Shown here: piece after piece, positions 9,553 to 19,370 of the stretch | How the letters are laid out: every line of letters begins with the position of its first letter | How positions within the stretch are numbered: the first letter of the stretch is position 1 | IMG/VR virus record: IMGVR_UViG_3300029319_000001 | Reading direction: 5' to 3' (one strand) | DNA: 64,000 nucleotides | Origin: a virus | Lineage: Duplodnaviria > Caudoviricetes | Notes under the pieces: model-generated | Seen by the model: the letters and a program-made list of their open reading frames with translations, nothing else | The model's database searches: none | What the model was told of the DNA's origin: nothing | Made by a program: the position numbers and the translations under genes

Positions 9553-10286
9553 AGCATTATATATTTGATGTAGATGGCACTCTTACACCCAGTAGAGGTC
9601 AGATTGATAGTTCATTTAAAGCATTCTTTATAAAATTTTGCTGTACATATCCTGTATATCTGGTTACTGGTAGTGACAGACAGAAGACAGTTGACCAACT
9701 TGGTCTTGATATATGTTACAGAGCAAAGAGAGTTTATAATTGCTCTGGTAGTGATGTTTATGAAAGAGATGTTAATGTCTATAGGGATGATTGGGAGTTG
9801 CCAAGGGATGTAGAAAAGTTTTTAAAAGACGAGTTGGACTATAGTTGTTTTCCTATTCGTAACGGATTGCATATTGAAAGAAGACCAGGTGGAGTAAACT
9901 TTAGTATCTTAGGTAGAGGAAAAGATCCATCTGTAGGTAGAGAAGAATATATTAAGTGGGATAAAGAGAGATTAGAAAGAGAGGATATTGCAAATAGACT
10001 TAGAAATAATTTTCCGAATCTATCTGTAACACTAGGAGGACAGACTGGTCTTGACTTAGGACCTCTAGGTAGTGATAAGAGTCAGATTATTAAAGACTTT
10101 AGACTAGGAGAAGAGTTGCATTTCTTTGGTGATAGGATGGAAAAAGGAGGAAATGACTACAGTTTAGGGAAAGCAGTACAAGAAATGGGTGGTAAAGCGT
10201 ACCATGTTAAAGACTGGAAAGAGACACAAAGTGTTATAATTAGTAGTGTCGCCGAAAGGGACAACAAAAAACAACTCGCTTATTAA
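9549..10286 (+). CDS. eukaryote-type phosphomannomutase-like HAD-IIB protein
   Basis: FDVDGTLT, VTGSD, GGQTGLD, FFGDRMEKGGNDY. Confidence 0.8.
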   Translation: MKHYIFDVDGTLTPSRGQIDSSFKAFFIKFCCTYPVYLVTGSDRQKTVDQLGLDICYRAKRVYNCSGSDVYERDVNVYRDDWELPRDVEKFLKDELDYSCFPIRNGLHIERRPGGVNFSILGRGKDPSVGREEYIKWDKERLEREDIANRLRNNFPNLSVTLGGQTGLDLGPLGSDKSQIIKDFRLGEELHFFGDRMEKGGNDYSLGKAVQEMGGKAYHVKDWKETQSVIISSVAERDNKKQLAY

Positions 10287-10297
10287 GGAGAACTATT

Positions 10298-10726
10298 ATG
10301 ACTAACCTCGCAAGGTATCATGCTACTAATCTTCCAGAATTAATGAAGATTATTAGAGAAAACGGTATAGGGATGGATGACTATCTCAATCGTTTCTGGG
10401 ATGATACTACAACAAGTAATTACCCACCTTACAATCTTATCAATGTAAGTAATACTGAATCCAAACTAGAAATAGCACTAGCAGGATTTAAAAAAGATGA
10501 GATTAAAGTCTATACAGAATACGGTAGACTTAATGTGGAAGGAAACAAAGAAGAAAAAGAAGATAAAACTTACGCACATAGAGGACTCGCACAAAGATCC
10601 TTTAATAGATCATGGCATATTGCTGAAGACACTATTGTCAAAGACGCAACTATTGAAGATGGATTACTAACTGTCACACTTACTAAGGTAATTCCAGAAC
10701 ATCATCAGCGTAAGGATTGGATCTGA
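10298..10726 (+). CDS. hsp20: small heat shock protein Hsp20
   Basis: NYPPYNL, EIALAGF, HRGLAQRSF, DGLLTV; AAGGAG RBS. Confidence 0.95.
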   Translation: MTNLARYHATNLPELMKIIRENGIGMDDYLNRFWDDTTTSNYPPYNLINVSNTESKLEIALAGFKKDEIKVYTEYGRLNVEGNKEEKEDKTYAHRGLAQRSFNRSWHIAEDTIVKDATIEDGLLTVTLTKVIPEHHQRKDWI

Positions 10727-10775
10727 CTAGGCATAAATTTTTGTAACTAAAAGTAGGTTTGTTAGGATTTCCTAA

Positions 10776-10782
10776 CTAAATA
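10776..10782 (+). promoter_or_regulatory. late promoter-like motif
   Basis: CTAAATA upstream of GGAG RBS and ATG 10803. Confidence 0.5.
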
Positions 10783-10802
10783 AAGTACATATGGAGACAA
10801 CT

Positions 10803-10970
10803 ATGCACAACATAATGCCCCAGAACCAACTGTCTGGATGGACAATGACCGATCACTCTTATTCAAGTGATTCATGGGAACAAAAACTGGATGAGTATTA
10901 TGAATGCATTGTTGAATGCTCGCATGGTCAACCTATTTGCAAACGGTTATGTAATGAAATTCTAAGGTGA
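10803..10970 (+). CDS. small Cys-rich protein (55 aa, not in ORF track)
   Basis: MHNIMPQNQLSGW...DEYYECIVECSHGQPICKRLCNEILR; RBS upstream, terminator downstream. Confidence 0.75.
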   Translation: MHNIMPQNQLSGWTMTDHSYSSDSWEQKLDEYYECIVECSHGQPICKRLCNEILR

Positions 10971-10975
10971 TATAT

Positions 10976-11002
10976 AAGGGGGTCGTCAGACCCTCTTTTT
11001 TA
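10976..11002 (+). terminator. rho-independent terminator
   Basis: AAGGGGGTC-GTCA-GACCCTCTT followed by T run. Confidence 0.8.
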
Positions 11003-11032
11003 TGATATAATGACGAAAGGAATTTAAAACAC

Positions 11033-11341
11033 ATGTCGATAAAAGTAGCGTTGATTAACAGCGATCAGATAATCGCTGATATAAAGGAGGTAATTGATCC
11101 TGATAATGATAGCAGACAATACCTTTTCAATAATCCATTAAAGGTTATTTTACAACCAACAATGACTCTTCAAGAAGATGGAGGTCAAGTCGATCATAAT
11201 CAATCTCAAGTTTCATTAGCAACTTGGCAAGCATTAACAAATGATTCTACCTTTGTAGTTAATCCTAATTCAGTTCAATGTGTATTTGAACCTATTCCTG
11301 ATCTTAAGGCAATGTATTTGGAGTTGCAAAATGGCAATTAA
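11033..11341 (+). CDS. hypothetical protein upstream of gp43
   Basis: 102 aa; IKVALINSDQIIADIKE resembles the next gene. Confidence 0.7.
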   Translation: MSIKVALINSDQIIADIKEVIDPDNDSRQYLFNNPLKVILQPTMTLQEDGGQVDHNQSQVSLATWQALTNDSTFVVNPNSVQCVFEPIPDLKAMYLELQNGN

Positions 11342-11621
11342 GATAGTAGTATTTGATGACAGTTATAAATGTGTCATCGCAGATGTTCAAGAAGTAGTTG
11401 GTGCTGATATTGGTGAACCAGATTGTCAACTTACAGATCCATATGAGTTCATTGAGTTTGATGAGGGAGATGAACCAAAAAAATATATTGATCGTTTAAA
11501 ACCTTGGGAAGTTCTTAACAAATCATCAGATAATAAATGTCGTATTAGCAGTGATAAGATTCTGACTCTTGTAGATCCAGACAAATTTATTTTAGATGCA
11601 TACAATGAAATTATTAATTGA
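11331..11621 (+). CDS. hypothetical protein, probable paralogue of previous gene
   Basis: MAIKIVVFDDSYKCVIADVQE...LKPW...ILTLVDP. Confidence 0.7.
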   Translation: MAIKIVVFDDSYKCVIADVQEVVGADIGEPDCQLTDPYEFIEFDEGDEPKKYIDRLKPWEVLNKSSDNKCRISSDKILTLVDPDKFILDAYNEIIN

Positions 11622-14117
11622 ATGAAGTTTTACACTAATGTGCAAATGATCGGGGATAACTTCCTCGTTCGTGGTTATGATAATGGTGAGTACATTCAGT
11701 TCAGAGAAAAATATAATCCAACTCTGTTCGTTCCCTCAAATAAAAAAACTTTTTATAAAACTTTAGAAGGTGAATATGTTGCACCTATCAAACCAGGTTC
11801 GGTAAGAGACTGTAGAGATTTTTATAAAAAGTATGAAGAAATTGATGATTTTAAAATTTATGGCAACGAGAGGTATATCTACCAGTATATCTCAGATAAG
11901 TACCCCGAAGAAGAGATCAAGTTTGACATTGAAAAGGTACGGTTATTAACTGTTGATATTGAGACTCGTTCTGAGAATGGATTTCCTGATGTAGAAACTG
12001 CTGATCAGGAGATATTATTGATCTCTGTGCAAGATTATAATACTAAAGAGATCACAACATGGGGTGTTGGTTCGTTTAAAAACAGGCAGGAGAATGTTCG
12101 TTACATACAGTTCAATAATGAGCATGATCTTTTAAGTAGTTTCATTCAATGGTGGATGGATAATACTCCTGATGTTGTAACAGGATGGAATATCCAACTG
12201 TTCGATATGCCATACATTACTAAAAGGATTGATCGTCTTCTAGGTGAAAAACTTGCTAGAAGATTATCTCCTTGGGGATTGGTTAGTGAGAAGGAAGTAT
12301 ATATTAAAGGTCGTAGACAAGTCTATTATGATATTGGTGGTATCACACAGTTAGATTATCTTGATCTTTATAAGAAGTTTACTTACAAGGCACAAGAATC
12401 TTATCGATTAGATTATATTGCAGAGGTAGAATTAGGTCAGAAAAAACTTGACCACTCTGAGCATGATACCTTCAAAGATTTCTATACTAATGGTTGGCAG
12501 AAGTTTGTAGAATATAACATCAAGGATGTGGAACTTGTTGACCGTCTGGAAGACAAGATGAAACTTATTGAACTGGCACTTACTATGGCATATGATGCTA
12601 AAGTAAATTACAATGATGTCTTCTATCAGGTAAGGATGTGGGATACAATCATCTATAATTATTTGAAGAAAAAAGGAATAGTAATTCCACAAAAAGAACA
12701 ATCAGATAAATCTGACAAATACGCAGGTGCTTATGTCAAAGAACCAATTGCAGGACGCTATGATTGGGTGGTCTCTTTTGACCTTAATAGTCTCTATCCT
12801 CATCTTATTATGCAATATAATATCTCCCCAGAAACCATCAGGGAGACTCGTCATCCAGAAGCCAATGTTGATAGAATACTTAATGAAGAGATAGACTTCC
12901 AACTTTATAAAGATAGTGCTGTGTGTGCTAATGGAGCACAGTATAGAAAAGATAAGAGAGGTTTCTTGCCTGAGTTGATGGAAAAGATGTATAATGAGCG
13001 TGTAATTTTTAAGAAGAGGATGATCGATGCCAAGAAAAAATACGAGAAGACACCAACGGTTGCTCTGGAAAAAGAAATTGCAAGATGCAACAACATCCAA
13101 ATGGCGAAAAAGATATCTCTTAATTCTGCTTATGGTGCTATCGGCAATCAGTACTTCCGCTATTATAAATTAGCAAATGCAGAAGCAATCACATTGTCAG
13201 GACAAGTCTCTATCAGATGGATAGAGAACAAAATGAATAACTACTTAAACAAAATTCTTAAAACAGAGGATACTGATTATGTCATTGCTAGTGATACTGA
13301 TTCTATCTACCTCAACCTTGGTCCTCTTGTCGATGTTATCTACAAAGATAGAGAGAAGAATGCTGAGGGGATTGTCTCGTTTCTTGATAAGATTTGTGAG
13401 GAGAAATTTGAACCGTTCATCGACCAATCATACAAAGAATTAGCAGAATATCTCAATGCTTATGACCAGAAGATGTTCATGAAGAGAGAGAACATTGCTG
13501 ATCGTGGCATATGGACAGCAAAAAAAAGATACATCCTAAATGTATGGGATAGTGAAGGAGTTAGATACGAACAACCTAAACTAAAAGTTATGGGTATTGA
13601 ATCTGTTAAATCCTCTACTCCTTCTTCTTGTAGAAATATGTTAAAGGATGCATTCAAGATAATGATGAGTGGAACAGAGGATGATGTAATTAACTACATA
13701 GATGGATGTCGTCAGAAGTTTAAGACTTTACCTCCTGAGGAGATATCATTTCCTCGGTCAGTTAGTGATGTTCAAAAATATAAATCTCATTCTGACATTT
13801 ACATAAAAGGAACTCCCATTCATGTTAGAGGAGCACTATTGTTTAACCATTATATAAAAGAAAAGAAACTTACTAATAAGTATTCTCTTATTCAAAATGG
13901 CGAAAAGATTAAATTTTGTTATCTTAAAAAACCAAATACAATTCATGAAAATGTGCTATCCTTTATACAGGACTATCCTGTTGAATTAGGTCTTGACAAA
14001 TACATTGATTATGACTTACAATTTAACAAGGCATTCCTCGAACCATTAAAAATTATTCTTGATGCTATCGGATGGAGCGTTGAGAAAACTGCTAACCTAG
14101 AATCATTTTTTGTATAA
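11622..14117 (+). CDS. gp43: family B DNA polymerase gp43
   Basis: DIET exonuclease motif, SFDLNSLYPH, KISLNSAYG, ASDTDS. Confidence 0.98.
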   Translation: MKFYTNVQMIGDNFLVRGYDNGEYIQFREKYNPTLFVPSNKKTFYKTLEGEYVAPIKPGSVRDCRDFYKKYEEIDDFKIYGNERYIYQYISDKYPEEEIKFDIEKVRLLTVDIETRSENGFPDVETADQEILLISVQDYNTKEITTWGVGSFKNRQENVRYIQFNNEHDLLSSFIQWWMDNTPDVVTGWNIQLFDMPYITKRIDRLLGEKLARRLSPWGLVSEKEVYIKGRRQVYYDIGGITQLDYLDLYKKFTYKAQESYRLDYIAEVELGQKKLDHSEHDTFKDFYTNGWQKFVEYNIKDVELVDRLEDKMKLIELALTMAYDAKVNYNDVFYQVRMWDTIIYNYLKKKGIVIPQKEQSDKSDKYAGAYVKEPIAGRYDWVVSFDLNSLYPHLIMQYNISPETIRETRHPEANVDRILNEEIDFQLYKDSAVCANGAQYRKDKRGFLPELMEKMYNERVIFKKRMIDAKKKYEKTPTVALEKEIARCNNIQMAKKISLNSAYGAIGNQYFRYYKLANAEAITLSGQVSIRWIENKMNNYLNKILKTEDTDYVIASDTDSIYLNLGPLVDVIYKDREKNAEGIVSFLDKICEEKFEPFIDQSYKELAEYLNAYDQKMFMKRENIADRGIWTAKKRYILNVWDSEGVRYEQPKLKVMGIESVKSSTPSSCRNMLKDAFKIMMSGTEDDVINYIDGCRQKFKTLPPEEISFPRSVSDVQKYKSHSDIYIKGTPIHVRGALLFNHYIKEKKLTNKYSLIQNGEKIKFCYLKKPNTIHENVLSFIQDYPVELGLDKYIDYDLQFNKAFLEPLKIILDAIGWSVEKTANLESFFV

Positions 14118-14311
14118 TGAGAGATCAAAATTCTATAGATCATGAGGAGACAAATGAAGAGAAATGGAATCGTGGATTAGATTTGTTTATCGAGTCAGTT
14201 CAGAAACCAGATCATCAACTAAGAGGATGTGCTCACAACCAAAAATGTTATGACGAACTTATGCAAGTGCGTGATAATGTGCTAGAATACTTAAATACAT
14301 TGAGATTGTAA
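14117..14311 (+). CDS. hypothetical protein
   Basis: 64 aa ORF coupled to both neighbours by TAATG junctions. Confidence 0.65.
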   Translation: MRDQNSIDHEETNEEKWNRGLDLFIESVQKPDHQLRGCAHNQKCYDELMQVRDNVLEYLNTLRL

Positions 14312-15315
14312 TGGATTTTTTAAAGGACATAGTAAAAGAGATAGGAGATGACTACACGCAACTCGCTTCAGATATTCAAGAAAGCGAAAGATATGTGGAC
14401 ACAGGTTCGTACATTTTTAATGCCCTTGTATCAGGGTCTATATTTGGCGGTGTATCTAGTAACAAGATTACTGCAATTGCTGGTGAAAGCAGCACTGGAA
14501 AAACTTTCTTCTCCCTCGCAGTTGTCAAGAACTTTCTGGATAATAATCCTGACGCTTATGTTCTTTACTTCGATACTGAAAGTGCTATATCCAAGTCTTT
14601 ATTAGAAGCACACGGAGTAGATACTAATCGCTTAGTTGTTATTAATGTAGTAACGATTGAAGAGTTTAGATCAAAGGCACTAAAAGCAGTAGATAAATAC
14701 ATCAAAATGCCTGAGTCTTCTCGCAAACCATGTATGTTTGTGTTAGATTCTTTAGGTATGCTTTCCACAGAGAAAGAGATCAACGATGCATTGAACGATA
14801 AACAAGTTCGTGATATGACCAAATCACAATTGGTTAAGGGTGCGTTTAGAATGTTGACTTTGAAACTAGGACAAGCAAACATTCCCCTTATAGTCACAAA
14901 CCACACTTACGATGTTATCGGATCTTATGTCCCAACTAAAGAAATGGGAGGAGGCAGTGGCCTCAAGTATGCCTCGTCTACAATCATATATCTCAGCAAA
15001 AAAAAGGAAAAGGATTCGCAAGAAGTTGTTGGAAACATTATCAAAGCTAAGACAGCTAAAAGCAGATTATCGAAAGAAAACAAATCAGTAAGTATTCGTC
15101 TTTATTATGATGAGAGGGGTCTTGACAAATACTATGGACTACTAGAGTTAGGAGAACTTGGTGGTATGTGGAAGAATGTTGCAGGTAGATATGAAATTAA
15201 CGGTAAAAAAATATATGCTAAACAAATTCTTGCAAACCCAGAAGAATATTTTACAGATGATGTAATGGAGAAACTTGACGGTATCGCCAAGCAAGAATTT
15301 AGTTATGGTTCTTAA
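14311..15315 (+). CDS. uvsX: UvsX RecA-like recombinase
   Basis: AGESSTGKT, FDTE, LDSLG, MGGGSGLKY. Confidence 0.95.
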   Translation: MDFLKDIVKEIGDDYTQLASDIQESERYVDTGSYIFNALVSGSIFGGVSSNKITAIAGESSTGKTFFSLAVVKNFLDNNPDAYVLYFDTESAISKSLLEAHGVDTNRLVVINVVTIEEFRSKALKAVDKYIKMPESSRKPCMFVLDSLGMLSTEKEINDALNDKQVRDMTKSQLVKGAFRMLTLKLGQANIPLIVTNHTYDVIGSYVPTKEMGGGSGLKYASSTIIYLSKKKEKDSQEVVGNIIKAKTAKSRLSKENKSVSIRLYYDERGLDKYYGLLELGELGGMWKNVAGRYEINGKKIYAKQILANPEEYFTDDVMEKLDGIAKQEFSYGS

Positions 15316-16694
15316 TGAAAGATCGTATAGAGTTAACCATCTTAAGGACATTCATCCATGATGAAGAATACTTAAGAAAAGTTCTTCCTTTTATTGAGAG
15401 AGAATATTTTGAAGAGCGTATTGAAAAGATTATATTTGAGGAGATATCAGATTTTGCTCAAGTATATGATAAATGTTTATCAACTGAGATCCTTTCTATT
15501 GAAATACAAAAGAGAGATGATATTTCTGAGGAAGAATATAAGAATGCTTCACAACTATTAGAGACTCTTAGTGAACCTTCTAGTCATGATCAGTGGTTGT
15601 TAGATACCACAGAGGTTTGGTGTCGTGATCGTGCTATATATTTGGCACTCATGGAATCGATTTCTATTGCCGATGGAAAAGATGACAAAAAAGGAAGGGA
15701 TGCTATTCCTAGCATTCTCTCTGACGCTCTGGCTGTTTCTTTCGATAATCATATAGGTCATGATTACCTCGAAGACTATGAAGCAAGATACGAATCATAT
15801 CATAAAAAGGATGAAAAGATTCCTTTTGACTTAGAATTCTTTAATCGTATCACAAAGGGTGGTCTCCCTAACAAAACTCTTAATGTTGCTCTCGCAGGTA
15901 CTGGTGTGGGTAAGTCTTTGTTTATGTGTCATTTTGCTAGTAGTTGTTTATTACAAGGTAAGAATGTTCTTTACATAACCTTAGAGATGGCAGAAGAAAA
16001 GATTGCAGAAAGAATAGATGCTAACTTATTAGATGTTAATATAAAAGATATTACTGATCTTCCTCGTGTATTATTTGAGAATAAAGTAACTAAGTTAGCA
16101 GGAAGAACACAAGGACAACTTATTATCAAAGAATATCCTACAGCATCTGCACATTCTGGTCACTTTAAAGCGTTACTTAATGAACTAGCGTTGAAGAAAT
16201 CATTTAGACCTGATATAATATTTGTAGATTACCTAAACATATGTGCTTCATCCAGATACAGAGGAACAATAGGTGTTAATTCGTATTCATATATTAAAGC
16301 AATTGCTGAAGAACTTAGAGGTTTGGCAGTCGAAACAAATGTACCGATTGTCAGTGCTACTCAAACTACTCGTGCTGGTTTTGGCTCTAGCGATGTTGAC
16401 ATTACCGACACATCTGAGTCTTTCGGACTCCCTGCTACTGCTGATCTTATGTTCGCTCTCATTTCTACTGAGGAATTGGAACTAGTTAATCAGATAATGG
16501 TTAAGCAATTGAAGAATAGATACAATGATCCTACTCTTAACAAGAGATTCCTTGTAGGAATTGATCGTGCTAAGATGAGATTGTTTGATTGTGAGCAAGA
16601 TAATAATGGTGAATTAGTAGATGCTAATCAAGAAGTTCTAGAAAAACTTAAAGAAGATAGCACCTCTGATAAATTTGCTAAACTAAGATTCTAA
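15315..16694 (+). CDS. gp41: replicative helicase gp41
   Basis: AGTGVGKS, ITLEMAEE, VDYL, SATQTTR, KNRY. Confidence 0.96.
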   Translation: MKDRIELTILRTFIHDEEYLRKVLPFIEREYFEERIEKIIFEEISDFAQVYDKCLSTEILSIEIQKRDDISEEEYKNASQLLETLSEPSSHDQWLLDTTEVWCRDRAIYLALMESISIADGKDDKKGRDAIPSILSDALAVSFDNHIGHDYLEDYEARYESYHKKDEKIPFDLEFFNRITKGGLPNKTLNVALAGTGVGKSLFMCHFASSCLLQGKNVLYITLEMAEEKIAERIDANLLDVNIKDITDLPRVLFENKVTKLAGRTQGQLIIKEYPTASAHSGHFKALLNELALKKSFRPDIIFVDYLNICASSRYRGTIGVNSYSYIKAIAEELRGLAVETNVPIVSATQTTRAGFGSSDVDITDTSESFGLPATADLMFALISTEELELVNQIMVKQLKNRYNDPTLNKRFLVGIDRAKMRLFDCEQDNNGELVDANQEVLEKLKEDSTSDKFAKLRF

Positions 16695-17551
16695 TGATTA
16701 AATCTGCAGATAAAATCTGGGAAGAGGTTGGTGAGATAAACAATCTTGAGTTTGAATATCATTACCTAGGAGAAGATCAAGATATACCTGTGTTAATTGC
16801 TAAGGATGTCTTTAAATATCCTGATAAGGTAGTTGAATTTGCTAACACACTTCCTTTTTGGGAAACTAGAAACATGATTGGAGATGAGATAATCCGACCA
16901 GGATTGACTTATGAGGTATCTCCATTACTTTCTTATCAATTTACTCATAGATTATCAAGACGAGTTGGTAAAATATTTGGTGTTCCTAGACCTAAAATTT
17001 TTGATGTGTATGCATCTGCAACTGGTGGAAAAATGACACTCTGCCAAAGTGGGGGTCTTTGTTGCTATCCTCATACCGATGCTAACCCTGCTGATTCAGC
17101 ACAGGATACTCAAAATGTTGCGTTGAATATAAATTTAACAAATCATGGTGCAGTTAAGACTGGATTTTGGTCTTTTATGAACAAGAAAAGTTTGTTAGAT
17201 TTCAATATGGATGAGTTAAATGCCTTTAATAATTTTCAACATAGGCATACAGACATTGCTTCTTCATCATGGTTTCAAATGAAAGACTATGAAGACTTTA
17301 AATACGAAGATGCAGTAACCATGCCTTACAATAGTCTTGCAGCATACTCCGTTTATAATTTACACAACCCATACATAGAACCTGATTGGTTTAATATTTC
17401 TGATAGGTTGACTTTGACAGTTTTTTATGGTATACTACCAGAGGATCTGGATTTTCCTGACGGAGATCTTGAATTTGTCAAAGCGTCTTGGGATTTCTTT
17501 AGACTAACGACGCTACATAATTATAATCCCGAACATACAAGACCCTTATAG
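16694..17551 (+). CDS. 2OG-Fe(II) oxygenase-like protein (DUF6445-like)
   Basis: DVFKYPD, YPHTD, YNSL...LHNP, RLTLTVF. Confidence 0.65.
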   Translation: MIKSADKIWEEVGEINNLEFEYHYLGEDQDIPVLIAKDVFKYPDKVVEFANTLPFWETRNMIGDEIIRPGLTYEVSPLLSYQFTHRLSRRVGKIFGVPRPKIFDVYASATGGKMTLCQSGGLCCYPHTDANPADSAQDTQNVALNINLTNHGAVKTGFWSFMNKKSLLDFNMDELNAFNNFQHRHTDIASSSWFQMKDYEDFKYEDAVTMPYNSLAAYSVYNLHNPYIEPDWFNISDRLTLTVFYGILPEDLDFPDGDLEFVKASWDFFRLTTLHNYNPEHTRPL

Positions 17552-17553
17552 TC

Positions 17554-18240
17554 ATGCCAACACATTCTAGTGCTATTTCTGACAACGATTTTACACAAGG
17601 TCAGAAACCAGTAGCAACCCCTCCAAGAAAACCAAGACCAAAAGAATTTTGGGAAGCGGAACCAGAAGATGCAGAGGTACAAGGATGGAAAGATGATCCT
17701 AACGACCCTACTGGTCCACAGATAGGAAGTATTGCTAATCCTACAAACCCTGTGCCTAAAGCAACTCCACCAAAACCATTTGCAAAAACAAAAGCAAAGG
17801 TAACTATTACTCCTGACGCAGTAACAACAACAAAAACCAATGCTAAGTGGACAGAATATACTAACTTTGTAGACGCTGTTACTAGTGATGAGTCTAAAAT
17901 TGCATCACAATTTATTGCTCGCACTGCACAATTACAAGCAGAAGGATGTAAAATTGAGCGTTTATTAACTGCTGGTATCGGTATTAGTGCTGAAGGTGGT
18001 GAATTTTTAGAGATCGTTAAGAAGATTGCATTCCAAGGTAAACCTTATGATGCAGCAAGTATCAATCATCTAAAGGTAGAACTTGGTGATGTATTATGGT
18101 ATGTTGCTCAAGCATGTATGGCATTAGATGTATCTCTTGATGAAATCATAGGACAAAACATCGATAAATTGTCTGCTAGATATCCTGATGGACACTTTGA
18201 TTCATACTTTTCAGAGAACAGACGGATAGACGACCTCTAA
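17554..18240 (+). CDS. mazG: MazG nucleotide pyrophosphohydrolase with Pro-rich N-terminal extension
   Basis: GISAEGGEFLEIVKK, ELGDVLWY, NIDKLSARYP. Confidence 0.9.
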   Translation: MPTHSSAISDNDFTQGQKPVATPPRKPRPKEFWEAEPEDAEVQGWKDDPNDPTGPQIGSIANPTNPVPKATPPKPFAKTKAKVTITPDAVTTTKTNAKWTEYTNFVDAVTSDESKIASQFIARTAQLQAEGCKIERLLTAGIGISAEGGEFLEIVKKIAFQGKPYDAASINHLKVELGDVLWYVAQACMALDVSLDEIIGQNIDKLSARYPDGHFDSYFSENRRIDDL

Positions 18241-18243
18241 ATA
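18237..18243 (+). promoter_or_regulatory. late promoter-like motif
   Basis: CTAAATA 20 nt upstream of ATG 18264. Confidence 0.5.
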
Positions 18244-18263
18244 CTTAGAAAGTATTAGAAAAA

Positions 18264-19364
18264 ATGCCCACTTATTTACAAGGTGGCGAACAAACTACCG
18301 TCAACTCAACAATAACAGAATTATTTCCTGCAATCGCCTTCAATAGTAAGAAAAAAATTACTACTGCTGAGGAGATGCAGGATTTTATTACTGAAGCAAA
18401 GTTGACTTCTCAGAATGCTAAGAAATCTTTTGTTAATGATAGTAATATTAAATCTGCTGAAAAGTATATAACAATGATGGAAAGTATTAGACCATCAATG
18501 AGAACTACTAAGTTAGAAAATGCTGTTGGAATAAAAAAATGGTTAGATGAATATAGTCATCAAAGATTAATTGATAAAGTTGTCTGGGGATACAGAGAAA
18601 AACCACAAGGAGTTCCTGAGAATCATGCAGGAGATATATTTGTATATTTTAAAGACAAAACAACTCTTCCAAAAATTTTAGGAGTTAGTTTAAAAGCAGG
18701 AACTGAGAAATCTAAAGAACCAAAGATGAATTCCTATGTTGGTTCTAGTCTTAGAAAACCATGTTTTATGGATTACTTTCCAAAAGCATTACCACAATTA
18801 AAAGACGAGTTATGGGATAAAGTATACTCTAAAGTTCCTAATCTTCCTAAAGAAGTTACTAAACAAAACTACTTAACCTTAACAACTAACAGACAAACTC
18901 CTCATCCTATACTAAAAGAGAAAGTTTTATTGATGTTTAAGTATCAAAATAGGATGTTCGAGGAATTATATAAAGAGATGAATCTAGTTTGTAGAAATAA
19001 ATTTATCTCAATGATCAATAACAATACTTATGGTTTGAACTTAACTAAGCGATGGATAATGGAAGAGTTCAATTTACCAAAAGACAATGCAGAGGTGCCT
19101 CTAGTATTAGTCAAAGCAGTTGGTATAAAAGCAGAAGCTCAACTAGCATCTGTAAAAGATTTTCTCCCTGCAGTTAGTAAAGTTAAAGCATACTTGAAGA
19201 TAAATTCTGTTCAAGAGTGGTTTATTGATTTAATGGGAGATAATAACCACAAAATAACACTACTAATGACAATAAGAAGTGACTCAGAATATAGAGAACA
19301 GAAACAAAAAGGTAAACTTGGTGCATATACTATGCTAAAATTATTATATCGTGGTGCTAAGTGA
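18264..19364 (+). CDS. hypothetical protein, possible PD-(D/E)XK nuclease fold
   Basis: ITELFP...HAGDIFV...GVSLKAG. Confidence 0.45.
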   Translation: MPTYLQGGEQTTVNSTITELFPAIAFNSKKKITTAEEMQDFITEAKLTSQNAKKSFVNDSNIKSAEKYITMMESIRPSMRTTKLENAVGIKKWLDEYSHQRLIDKVVWGYREKPQGVPENHAGDIFVYFKDKTTLPKILGVSLKAGTEKSKEPKMNSYVGSSLRKPCFMDYFPKALPQLKDELWDKVYSKVPNLPKEVTKQNYLTLTTNRQTPHPILKEKVLLMFKYQNRMFEELYKEMNLVCRNKFISMINNNTYGLNLTKRWIMEEFNLPKDNAEVPLVLVKAVGIKAEAQLASVKDFLPAVSKVKAYLKINSVQEWFIDLMGDNNHKITLLMTIRSDSEYREQKQKGKLGAYTMLKLLYRGAK

Positions 19365-19370
19365 AATTAT

